A DNA stretch of 63,478 nucleotides, counting the filler, from Phoronis australis (lineage: Eukaryota > Animalia > Phoronida): NCBI GenBank assembly GCA_002633005.1. It is 4 parts of 4 records of this genome, joined end to end, with 100 filler letters (N's around TTAATTAATTAA, not from the genome) between each part and the next. Parts side by side here need not be neighbours in the genome. Positions count along the whole stretch, not along the records: positions 41,325 to 63,478 come from NMRA01000214.1; 3 more parts are not named here. The stretch is one strand, 5' to 3'. This document shows, one piece after another, positions 46,631 through 57,690 of this stretch. The notes under the pieces are model-generated. The model was given only the letters and a program-made list of their open reading frames with translations. It made no database searches and had not been told where the DNA came from. Every line of letters starts with the position of its first letter. Within the stretch, counting starts at the first letter, position 1. A program made the position numbers and the translations under genes.

Positions 46631-49174
46631 TCATGGGTCATCGTACCCCTTTACATCACACATTATTGCCTGTACAAGCTTGCCCCAGAATGCCGTCTGT
46701 AGAATAACATCGCTCCCGTTCCATAGGATATAAGTTTGGTTGCGAACTAAATGGCGAAGTATCGGCGTCATAAGTTTCACGGACACTTTTTCCTTCATTA
46801 TAATGATCAGCGCTTGCCGAGAGAGGCGCTCGTCGAGAAGTTTGGCGTGCGCCATATTCAACTCCAACTTGCACCATTCACTCTTGACGTAATTCTCCGT
46901 CAATACAACTACAATCTTCCTACTCGTTTCTATGCTCTGTACAATGTTGTCTGTGATGTCCCCGCCCACCTGAAAGTTTCGCTCGTGGATACAAACTCTA
47001 AGGTCATTCTCTCCTTCCAGGTGGGATAGCATTTCTTGCACAACGAAGTCCGTGTCAAGGGAGCTGTAGGTGACGAAACAGTCATATTCAAAGTCTTCCC
47101 GACGACGCAGCGAAATTTCTTTTTTTCTCCGCGACCTTGCAAGAAACATCCAGTATCGTATAGACCATCTGTGATAATACGCAATGCCTGATATCGCTGC
47201 AGTAACAAACACCACAGTTCCGCTAGCTGTGGCAGTTATTAACAGCCAATTTAAATCACTGCAATCGTCGTCTGTAGTGTTTCGGCCATACTCGAAGATA
47301 GAATGTCCATGCCATTTCTTCGGTGTCAGACATTTGTAAGGCTTCCTTAAGACATGCGTGGATGCATTTGAAGAGGAATTCATCATCTCTAACCACGAGA
47401 TGAACCAGCGCAGCTTGCATTCGCACGCAAAAGGGTTACCATAACCTTCGAATCGTGTCAAGGTCGCCCTTACAGGCTGCAACATCGAGCTATTAATAGT
47501 AAATACCTGGCAGTTAATGATACTTAGGTGTTGAAGACTCACAAGGTATTGGAATGCTCGAGGGCTCCAACCGCTGAAACCGTTTCCGTCAAGAATTAGT
47601 TTTGTCAAATTCTTCAAGGCTGCAAAGAAGCCATCATGAAGATATTTCAGATTGACATAATTTAAATTGAGTTTGCGCAGACTTCGGAGGTCAGAAAAGA
47701 TTTCAATCGGCGAAGGAGCTTTGCGACTTGGCCAGTAGTCGAATTCTGAGAAATCGTTTCGTCCTAATAGGATTTCATCTAGTTTCTTTAGACCTTTGAA
47801 ATATCCGTCATTTTGAAGTAGAAACTTGTTGTTGGTCAGATCAATCCTGACAAGTTGGGACATGTTCCAAAATGTCGTTCTTGAGATAGACGTCATGAGA
47901 TTTCCGCCTGCTTCCAGGGCAGTGAGTTTTCTAAGAGGTGTCAACGACATCTCATCAAGATAGTGCAAATGATTGTAACCAATTTGCAGGACCTGGAGAT
48001 TCTCTAGTCCAATGAACGCGCTAATAATGGGTTTCACCTTCTTTACGTCAGCTATCACGTTTCTAACCAAACTTAGTTGCCGAACCATAGGTACGTACGA
48101 CATGCCGTGCGCATCGGAAAAACAGGGAATTTGAGACATTCTGTTGTTCTCGAAACTGATATTTCGCAAACTTCTCAAACCTTCCAGTGCACCGTCATCA
48201 ACATTTAGTATCTTGTTATAGGCCAAGCTTAACGTTTCCAGGCGGTTATTGGAAACGAAGGTGCCGTTTTCAATCCGTTGAATTGTGTTCGATGTTAAGT
48301 CTAAAGATACTAGGTCATCAAAACAGGAAAACGAACCTGCAATACTCGATACCGATGAATTCTGCAAGTCCAAATTTCGTAATGGAGCACCGCATAACGA
48401 CTCCATGACGGCGTCAAAGTCTGCTTTCCTCCATGTAATCGGATTGTTAGCCAAGCATAACGTTCTCAAATGTTTAAGTGGCTTGAATGCACTATGTGGG
48501 ATTGCTACTAAATTGCAGCTATCTAGTCGAAGTTCTTTCAAAGGACTATTTTGTAAATTCTCAAAGGCAGTTGCGTTAAAAGATGTGACTGGATTACCAG
48601 AAAAGCTAATATAGCTTAAGGCGGACTGCGTCTGAAAACAATCACCAAAAAATAGATCGGTTATTCTGTTGCGAGAAAGGTCTAACGTCTGCAAACTCTT
48701 CGACTTGATAGAGTTGAGTATCGTTGGCGTGAGGTGACTTCCACTCAAATTTAAAGTTTGAAGCCAGTGCAACGACTCCAAGGAACTCAGTTTAACATAT
48801 GTGTAGTCCCGAAGTTTATTTCCTGACAAATCGAGAAATGTGAGGCGTGACATGTTCATGAATACACCCGAATCTATCCTTTTCACCTTGCATTTAAACA
48901 TGTATAACTTTTGCAATTCTGGCAAAAATGGAAACGATGTGTTTCGTAGCCATCCAAATCTGTTGTTGGAGAGATTCAAGCTCAGAGTATCACGTGGAAT
49001 ATCTTTCGGTATTTCTCGCATTCTAATTGCGTAAGTGGAAGTCGGAGAGCAGTCGACGGTTCTGTATTCCGCGTTGCATCTACATTTTACTGGACAAGTT
49101 TGTGCGTACCTTGAGCTTCGAATGCAGGCTAGCGTCCAAATTAGTATGGAGACACGATGAAAGTTTGCATACAT
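46631..49174 (-). CDS. TLR: Toll-like receptor, single-cysteine-cluster type (signal peptide, LRRNT, ~20 LRRs, LRRCT, TM, TIR), 847 aa, intronless CDS
   Basis: CPVKCRC..TVDCS cap, LxxLxLxxN repeats, NPFACECKLRWF LRRCT, hydrophobic TM ending YYHRW, TIR boxes YDCFVTYS, CIHERNFQVG, SEWCKLEL, FW. True ATG at 49174; ttttgcag acceptor at 49187 implies a 5' UTR intron, so the track's TTG start at 49210 is probably intronic. Confidence 0.95.
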   Translation of the reverse strand: MYANFHRVSILIWTLACIRSSRYAQTCPVKCRCNAEYRTVDCSPTSTYAIRMREIPKDIPRDTLSLNLSNNRFGWLRNTSFPFLPELQKLYMFKCKVKRIDSGVFMNMSRLTFLDLSGNKLRDYTYVKLSSLESLHWLQTLNLSGSHLTPTILNSIKSKSLQTLDLSRNRITDLFFGDCFQTQSALSYISFSGNPVTSFNATAFENLQNSPLKELRLDSCNLVAIPHSAFKPLKHLRTLCLANNPITWRKADFDAVMESLCGAPLRNLDLQNSSVSSIAGSFSCFDDLVSLDLTSNTIQRIENGTFVSNNRLETLSLAYNKILNVDDGALEGLRSLRNISFENNRMSQIPCFSDAHGMSYVPMVRQLSLVRNVIADVKKVKPIISAFIGLENLQVLQIGYNHLHYLDEMSLTPLRKLTALEAGGNLMTSISRTTFWNMSQLVRIDLTNNKFLLQNDGYFKGLKKLDEILLGRNDFSEFDYWPSRKAPSPIEIFSDLRSLRKLNLNYVNLKYLHDGFFAALKNLTKLILDGNGFSGWSPRAFQYLVSLQHLSIINCQVFTINSSMLQPVRATLTRFEGYGNPFACECKLRWFISWLEMMNSSSNASTHVLRKPYKCLTPKKWHGHSIFEYGRNTTDDDCSDLNWLLITATASGTVVFVTAAISGIAYYHRWSIRYWMFLARSRRKKEISLRRREDFEYDCFVTYSSLDTDFVVQEMLSHLEGENDLRVCIHERNFQVGGDITDNIVQSIETSRKIVVVLTENYVKSEWCKLELNMAHAKLLDERLSRQALIIIMKEKVSVKLMTPILRHLVRNQTYILWNGSDVILQTAFWGKLVQAIMCDVKGYDDP

Positions 49175-51903
49175 TTCGTTAAGGTCCTGCAAAAATAAAA
49201 TTCCAAACAATTACACAGCGCAGGTCTTTTGAAAGGAAGAGCAATGAATACATTGGAAATATACGCAGCCAGAGTTTCCCAAACCTAGATACGCAGACAA
49301 CATCTAAGGAGACTCTGGCGGCAGTTATGAGTTCGTGCATCTGGTGAAGAGTGCAGATATATCACCAGCTTCAGATGCAAACTCGCTTAATTAGCTGCTC
49401 ATTTATAAACATTGCCAAAACGCAAGTTTCCTAAGAGTCAATTACTCTTTTCCCGATGAGCTGAGCTTTCACACCGACAAGTTTGTCCCCAGTGTATAAT
49501 GCGAAAATGACAAGAAAAATGTCACTTTGCCAATGTATCATAAGAGCAAAATAGGCTAAAATGTACGCTAAACTGCGCAAGCGCATAGCCGGTAATTACT
49601 TCCAACTCAACAACACTCACTGTTCCAAACTGCACTTGCGCTTAGGCAACTAGACCATTAATTTCACACTTTCAAACCATTTGGAATTTCTAACCAGTCG
49701 CCCGCTCATGTGCCTGGCCAGTTTAGATTGCAATTTTGTAGGCTAAAAGCAGCAACACGTCAAAGACGCGAAACCTTTCTTTTAGTTTCACATACCAAAG
49801 AAACTCATCAGTGAATTAAGAAAATGAAGAAAGTACACAAATTCATACTAACGCATGGAAAATTGAACGCTTGCAGAATAAGTAACTAGATTTTGGGACG
49901 TTAACTGGGTCACGTGACCCCGTTTTTAATAAATTTAGTAAAAAAGAAAGATATACTGATAACAAAACAATGGTATCAATTACATGACCAAATTTCATTT
50001 GCCATAAATTTTTAGCAGATACCTTAAAAACTTTTTTTTTTCTAAAATTACCCGTTTGTTTTCGTTTTATCCAACCGAAGCTTAACTTTTTAAGAAAATC
50101 ATTCAAGTCCTAGTTTTAATGGACCCTCATGCAAAAGCTGAACGTTTTAAAATAGTTCTTAAGAGCTCTGTCGGGAACACTGTTAAAACATAGAATCTGA
50201 AAGTAAATTGTCATATGAATCTTTTCAGCCATTTCTAAGATATGACGTGTCGAGATTAGCCAAATTTGGACATTTTCTAAGGTCCTACAATACCTTAAGT
50301 TATCCATTTTCTATGCGAGGATTTCCGAACACAGAGCCGCATGTTTCGACCATGGTGTTCCTTAATAGTCCATGTCACATTTTTCAACGGGAATGGGAGT
50401 GCTCAAGTTGTCACTGACATGTGCCAATAATTTTCGGTGTGATGATAGGCTGAAAAGTGTTTCGAATTAAACACTTTAGTAACGTCGACCGTATGTTCTC
50501 AAGTCTACCCAAACAAACCGTCCGACGTAATGACTATTCTGTGCTCCAGCCAGTACTGCGAAGCCTTGACGTGTAATGAGTGTAATGAATTCTGCAGTCA
50601 CGTCCAGTTACAAACGTCGGTTCAATAACCTGCTGTCTCTGTAGCCTGACCTCTTAGAAGCATCTCCTGGTAGGTTCTCTAGTATTCTATTGTAAACAAA
50701 TCTCATCATCACTAGCCTGATCCCAAGGGTCATGTCGATCAATTTATGTCTGCTAGTAAACAAATAGAACAGAAAAATAGGGCCTATACTACCAAAACAA
50801 GTGTCGGCCTACTCCTGACACTCTATTTTAAAGTGCTTAAAGGCGTATTTGCATGCTCTAACTATGCTTATGTACAGCAGGAATTAAACACGAGTCCCGA
50901 CATTTTAAACACGAACCGTGACCTTTAAAACACGAACCTCTGGGATCGAACCCGAAACTCGGGCACATTTTCGACTTTTTTGAGACGATTTCAGTAACCT
51001 TAAACTGAGCTAAAGCATGTTCAAGTACTTTCCAGTTGTTTTCTGCATTTCTTTGTTAAAAAATATAGTAATAAAACGTAACTTATATTATATTAATAAT
51101 TGAGATGCTGTAAAGTACCGGAAAAAGTCAAGGCCAGTGGCAGCTAGTATGAGCTCGTACTAGTCAGGATAGGTAAATTTGTGACTGAGCAGGACCCATC
51201 TTGGAGTCAAATCATTTGCGACGATCACCGAAGAGAATTTGGTCACGGTTTTCACCCAAGCAGAAAGTGTTTGTACCCTTCCAAAAGAAAATCTGAACGA
51301 GGTATTGACTTAACATTTCACCTTAGATATTGGCTCAGTTTCGACAGGCCGAAATGGTACCACCCAGCACCTTCGATTCAAGTGTCACAGTTGGAGTTAA
51401 ATGACTCAGCTTTGCTTTCCTAGTGCTCGCCAATATATGTATTATATATTTTATCGTACTTAATCGTAGTTTGTAGTTGAGGTGAAATGACAGTAGTTAA
51501 TCCAGTGGCGTAGCGAGCACCTCCTTGCCCCCGTCGACACCTCAATCACCCACCCCCGGTTAGTAGTATGTTAACCCCCAAGTAAACAGATGCCTGCTGC
51601 CCTCCGTGGACCCGGGACGACACCCGTTTAGCACCCCCCCCCCCCTTCGTCATCATTTCTTAAAATATTAGATTGTAATTGTCAAAAATCATCTATTAAC
51701 CTGTCGGTTGTCGTAGATTCACAAACATGTAAATCAGAAACCAAAGAATTTGTTTATCAAAACGGAATAAGCAATTTTCGCAGGCATGATTGCAGGTTTT
51801 AACGGGTAACCTGGGGAACATGGGAGATGGGGCATTCATACTAAGGTGTGCATGTATTTTTGCTCAATTCCGAGGTACCTATAACGGTTCACGAATTTAA
51901 CTT

Positions 51904-52697
51904 TGTCAGAATATAGTCTGGCAGCATTTTTAGTTGCATTGTTTTGTTTTGTTATTCTGTTTGATTGGCATGACCCCTGAGTTAAGTACAATGATAAAGT
52001 AATTTGTTTATTACAGAATAGTATGGAACTTTCTAGTAGACTGAGTTCAGTACTGATGATGTAATTTGTTCACTGCAGTATAGTGTGGAACTTTCTAGAA
52101 GACTCTAGCATGACAGTGATTAATGCATTCTGGAATATTCTAGAGACTAGTACATGTTTGTAGAATGGTTGGGTAGATTCAGGAAAGTTCTAGAATGTGC
52201 TTGAAATGATGAAAAGTTCCAGAACAATGCATCAGGCTATAAATACACAAGCACGGGTTTGTGTTAGTCAACTCAAGAGAACATCAAGTCAGTTCAAGAG
52301 AAGATCAAGTCAGTTCAAGAGAAGATCAAGTCAGTTCATCAGAAGTTCAAGAAAGTTAATCAGGAGAATTACAGTTGAGTTGCAGTGAAGAGAATCAGCA
52401 GTTACAGCGATAGTTAATAGAGAGCCAGCTATAGAGACAGCAGGTTATTGAATCGACGAGTGTAACAGTTGCTGAACGTGTCTCAGAAGTTCATTTCAAG
52501 TCAAGGCTTCGCAGCACTGGCTGGAGCATAAACAGACATTACGTCGGACGTTTTGTTTGAGTATAGGCTTTTGAACATACGGTCGCGATTAATAAACGAT
52601 TAACTCGAACCAGTCTTCAGTCAATCGCCGCACCGAAAGCTATTAGCACCGGTCTGTAACAACCTCCGCCCACCCACACACGGGGAAAAACGTAACA
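51904..52697 (+). mobile_element. Solo LTR (family B, 794 bp) with 5-bp TSD AACTT
   Basis: AACTT|TGTCAG...GTAACA|AACTT; GGCTATAAATA TATA box, AATAAA at about 52591, internal 21-bp tandem repeat (ATCAAGTCAGTTCAAGAGAAG x3). Confidence 0.88.
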
Positions 52698-53238
52698 AAC
52701 TTGAACTCCAAATAAACCGCTGAAATATTTGTTCATTATTGCGAGTATTTTAAGTACCCCCGTTCGACAAGTACACGGTCATCACAAACCGTAGCCCCAC
52801 AGTCTTTTCGACATTTGTGAATTCATTACAAACAGTGCCAAGTATCGACCTTCAAAAGAAATACTATTCTTACGATACTATTGGAAAAATTTAACATTAT
52901 TCATAACTAATCATCGGAAATAGCCTTTTTGTGTAATTCACAAATAGTGATCTTCACGTTCTTCAAAATCCCAACTTTTTGATGGTGGTCAATCATATTA
53001 TATTTTCCACATTTTGGCTGTTTGGGTAAAATGTTTTGATATTGCTGTGCTGTGCATGGTTATTTTGAGTTTTTGATGAATTTGGACTCTCGACTTCCAC
53101 TCGTGAATACTTGGCAGCGTCGGATTTACATGTATAGAGGGATACCCGAACCGCACCACTGAGAGGGGTCCCGTCTGAAATGGGACATCGGGGAGTGAAA
53201 GACTACTCATCATTAGGATTGGAAAAGAGTGACAATTC

Positions 53239-53398
53239 CAGGGGCGGATCCAGGATTTTGAATTACTGGGGGCCAGGGCAGAGTATTAGCCAGGATTTTG
53301 CCCGTCAGACATTCACACTCCCGAACTGCCAAATGGAATCTGGGAGAATTTTAGGGGGGGCATGCCCCCCCCCTTGGCTCCCTTTAAATTCACCACTG
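53239..53398. mobile_element. MITE of the CAGGGGCGGATCC family
   Basis: Homologous to 35449-35607; CAGGGGCGGAT...TTCACCACTG ends. Confidence 0.6.
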
Positions 53399-55118
53399 AG
53401 TTCATTACATTGTTGCAAGAAGTGACTTTCCTCAGCATCAAAGCTGGTAGTACGATTTCACAAAAAAAAGAAAAACCGAGATAATCGATCCCAACATTAG
53501 GCCCTCTCTTCGTGAGGGGCCACTTAAGAATTAGCCAATCAAAACACGAAAAGGGTGGCCACTTGAATGTCATCAATGGTCCTCTTCAAAGCCTGGGCCC
53601 ATAAATATGAAAATATCTATATTTTCAAAAGTCAGGAAATGAGTAGCAATTGATGTTATCTACCAGGCCATAAATAAGTGATACACAATTTAGAGAAAGA
53701 AAAACACGAAAAAATAGAGCGGCAGTTGTCTTTGTTATCCTTTGCTAGAGAAGGGCCTCTGGAAAATATAATTTTGCATTTATGCATTTGCAAAACCGTC
53801 TTATTGAAATTTAAAAATCCAGCGATTTAATATGCTCCGCAAAAGCTTCGCTTTACCAATTTTCTCGATTTTTCGAAATACATGTATGAATGATAAAGTG
53901 CACATTTTCAAGTGCGTTTAGACGACCTACATGTATGCAGCAAAAATGGAGACCCTAACAACAATGTCCTAGCCAGGGCCCTCAAAGGGTAAACCATGCA
54001 CTGAAACTGAGTTGTCACTGAAATGGTCTCTTGCATTTTCTCTCTTATCCGTATTCGTAGTCTTTCTTTTCTCGACTGTCCCCGCCCCAAGCCTATGTCG
54101 GTTGCCATGGTTTAACCCTGACGCCTGCACATTTTTGGGGGGTACGGCCCTCCCCCCCTCACCCCGCTTCCTACCGCCCTATTAAGGTGTCTCCCTGCCT
54201 ATACGGGCGCTCTCACAACGAAAATAAAAAACACGAGTACGGCAGACTCGGCTGGTATTGTTGCGTCCACAATCTCCATGTAAGCAAACAGCGACGCCAT
54301 CTATCGTTTAGATGAAGCACGCACGCCAGTCACAATTTACGTATATAATTTTTTGTAATAAGCAATAATCATCAGTGTGGCTTTGAGAGAATGGTAATGA
54401 GTGGTGCTTCTGCTTTTTATCTAAAACACAAGGTTTTTACGTCGTTTTTGAAAGCTAATTACAGGTTTCAAGAGGCCCCCTAGTGATGGTTGAGGCAACT
54501 GACAACAGGCAAATAGGACGAAGTGCAGTTCGTGTAATGCTTCGTAAACAAAAACTACGGAAGAGGCAAGATTTTTATTTTAGATTATGGAGAGGTTAAG
54601 AAAATAAGGTCAGTTTTTGAAAAGGTGCAACATGGCTGCTACAAAGTGCCAAAGCTGGCCGAAAACGGCTTCAGTGAAAACCTGCAAAATAGCCGTTTTT
54701 GTCAAACAAAATCAAAGCATACAAATTTAAAAATAAATTTTGAAAGATATGCCATTAAATTATTAAATGATAGCCTTTTCAAACCGTATCACTCATTTGT
54801 TATCAGCTAGCTATACATGCTAGTAAAATGCATTCAAACATGTCTACGTCGGCGCCCAACTTTGTTGTAAAATGGAGGTACATACCATAAAACGAGAAAA
54901 ATGGATCATTTTATTTAAAAAGCGAGATTTTTCTGCATCTCACCAAATCAAACTCATTTGCTACGTCTCAAAAGTTGCAAACATGGGACAAGATCAGTGA
55001 AGTAGAGAAGTATGCGCCACCAGTGTATGTGTGCTCGTTGGCGAGAGGAATTCACTTAGAAAATTTGAATGTACATTTACCGGGAGGATTTGGAGAGGTA
55101 CGCGTAAGATAGTGCGAG

Positions 55119-57122
55119 TCGGCTAAATCACAATCAAGGTCCATATTCGAGACTTGACTGTGTTACGGTCTAAAATAATTTTTTGGCCACTTACCAAATG
55201 CCAACTGAATCTCATTATGCAAAGAGTTATTTAGTTGTGCAAATTGAAAAAAGAATCATCAAAATCGGACGTTTGAGAAATTTATGCATGTTTTTTGTCT
55301 ATGAATTTCATGCATTTTTAGCGTTACGAGTGGCCATTTTAAAAATGACAATTGGGTTAGAATAGAAATTCATTTTATAAAGCAAGCAATTGTTTAGATA
55401 TGACTGGCAATAACTTGAGTCACTTTCAGAGTCAATTAGATGAAGTTGTGCTTAATCATTGAGAAATGGTAGGGTTCATCATACAACAGGCACTCGTTAC
55501 GAAATTTGTAAATTCTGTGTTTTCAACCCTCACCTACTGTAAATAAGGTTAAAAATTAAAGTTCACACTCTGTAACAAAAGGAACTGCAACATATTTCAG
55601 CCTAGGCAACACAGCAAATTATTCAATGTCTAAACAAACCAAAAGTTTGGATATTGAATCAGTTCTGCTATGTTGAAAATGGGCCAAAAAGGCTAACAAA
55701 ATGTAGTGTACGTACCCCCATGTGGAATTCAGTAACAACAATTCAGGCCATTGCAAATGAAATTATTGCCTTTTAAATAACAACATGGTACTTATTATCA
55801 CCAAAGAAAAATAAATGGCCATACAACATTATGTTACCATGTGATGCAGAAACATTGATGTAGTGTACATACCCCCTTTTGTAGTGTACGTACCCCCATG
55901 TTTACAAATGCCATAAAATTAAAATATCACTTGGTAAGTGAGCAACATTGGTCATAGACAGTTTCCTTCCTTAAAAATGTTAGGTTAAAAGAGTGTTTAT
56001 TGTAAATACATTTGTTTTGAATGAAATATTAGCAATTGTGTAGTGTACGTACCCCCTTATTTTAATTTGTGCCCATTTTAAAAGTATGGCAGATATGCAC
56101 CTGAATGCTTTGCTTTTTACTATTTCTCTTTGAATTGATTGAGTAAATCAACTAACTGTCAGTAGATTCTTAGTGTTTAGTTACAAACCTGACGTGTCAT
56201 TGAAATGTAGTGTACATACCTCCAGCCTCTGTGCTATAAAGTATTGCCCACAAGAATTTTTACATACTGCTGTTCTCATGAACAATACTGATATTTCCAA
56301 AATTAATACAGTCTGACAAAAAAAAACAATGGACATTATCAAATTGTGGACAATAAAATTCCACACAGGACATGGCTAGTATTGAGAATCCTAGAAGACA
56401 CGTCATGTGACAACTGATGTTGCAGAGGCAGGTTCTCTATCTCTCAAGGCAACTTTAACTTGCAACAAACCAACAAGTAGAGGCAGCACAAAACTCGAGA
56501 CCATCCCATACATTTGTAACTTAGTCAAAATTTGATGTTGATTGACTGTGCGTAGTGTACGTACCCCCCAACCAGTACCATTTTTACTGTTTACAAGTGG
56601 AACACTGGGCCTAGCATTGCTTTAACTATTTTGACCAACTGGTGAATGTATTGAAAACTAGGTAAATTAGCACAAATAAAGTTTTTGAAAAAGTAGTTAC
56701 TCGTCATTTTCTTTTTGTAAGAATCATATTGCAAGAGAAGGAAGTTCTCATTATATTGTGTTAAGATATGCAATGTATCATCATCTAGAACAAATTGATC
56801 AGCACGGTAATAACTTTTCTTATTTTAGTATGTGATACTTCTTCAATTTAATCAAAAACTTATTAAATTAACAGCTACCTCATGAATTTTTGCATGGTAG
56901 AAGTGGGTTGTGACCACAAGTTGTAGTGAACGTACCCTTTTGTACAACTGTGATGCATTAGGCCATAAAATTGTATTCGGTGATTCTTGTGCACGAATAT
57001 TTTAGATTACAAACCTGGAATGATGGTACTTTAAAATAAACCAGCTTTTACAGTAATATGACAACCTTCATTTTTCACCAAAAGTGGCCACCGAATATGG
57101 ACCTTGATTGTGATTTGGCCGA
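55119..57122. mobile_element. 2.0-kb non-autonomous DNA transposon with 31-bp TIRs and seven internal TGTAGTGTACGTACCCC motifs
   Basis: TCGGCTAAATCACAATCAAGGTCCATATTCG (55119-55149) matches the reverse complement of 57092-57122 at 30/31; motif copies at 55702, 55859, 55880, 56039, 56206, 56551 and 56922. Confidence 0.75.
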
Positions 57123-57262
57123 GTACGTTAAGACCGTACGGCCTTTTTTCTTGTTTTGTTTTGGTCGATAACTGTCACGCAGGGTCGGCAACCTCGGATT
57201 TCATTTGGCGACCTGGGATTTTTAGGTTTCGCGACCTCAGATTTCGTTTGGCGACCAGCGCC

Positions 57263-57690
57263 CGGTTGCGTGAAACAGTCCCAAACAGGGACTCACCTAC
57301 TTTCCCTTAATCTTTGACGTATTTGTTTCGTTCTTTACTCACAGATCTTATACTTTTCAATCATTTTATCTTTATTATGAGCTCCTGTTTGACTAATGAC
57401 ATTTTATAATAATATAACTAAAAACTGAGCCCTTAATTCAATCAAAATGATTAGAGACTTAGTTCTTAAATTAGGAACGATTCGCGTGAAGAGATCCCCA
57501 CTTATTTTCAACAATATTGACAATTCAATGTAGAGTTTACCCTCGATTTGTATCAAAGCCAAAACTGACTTAGTAATGAGTCTCAAACAGCATCAGGAAG
57601 GTGAGGCAATGATTTCGCAAGCCCACAGATACGCAGTATATTTAGGGAACTTAGTTGAGTCCCTGTTTGGGATTGTTTCATATGCAACCG
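57263..57690. mobile_element. MITE with ~45-bp inverted ends
   Basis: CGGTTGCGTGAAACAGTCCCAAACAGGGACTCA / TGAGTCCCTGTTTGGGATTGTTTCATATGCAACCG. Confidence 0.65.

Noticed and set aside
46656-49034. Short ORFs overlapping the TLR on other frames or the opposite strand
   Set aside because: Shadow ORFs of a long coding sequence with no independent motifs.
55702-56938. CRISPR-like array of 17-bp direct repeats with unique spacers
   Set aside because: Spacers are 4-350 bp and irregular, the repeat is too short, there are no cas genes, the context is eukaryotic, and the array lies inside a TIR element.
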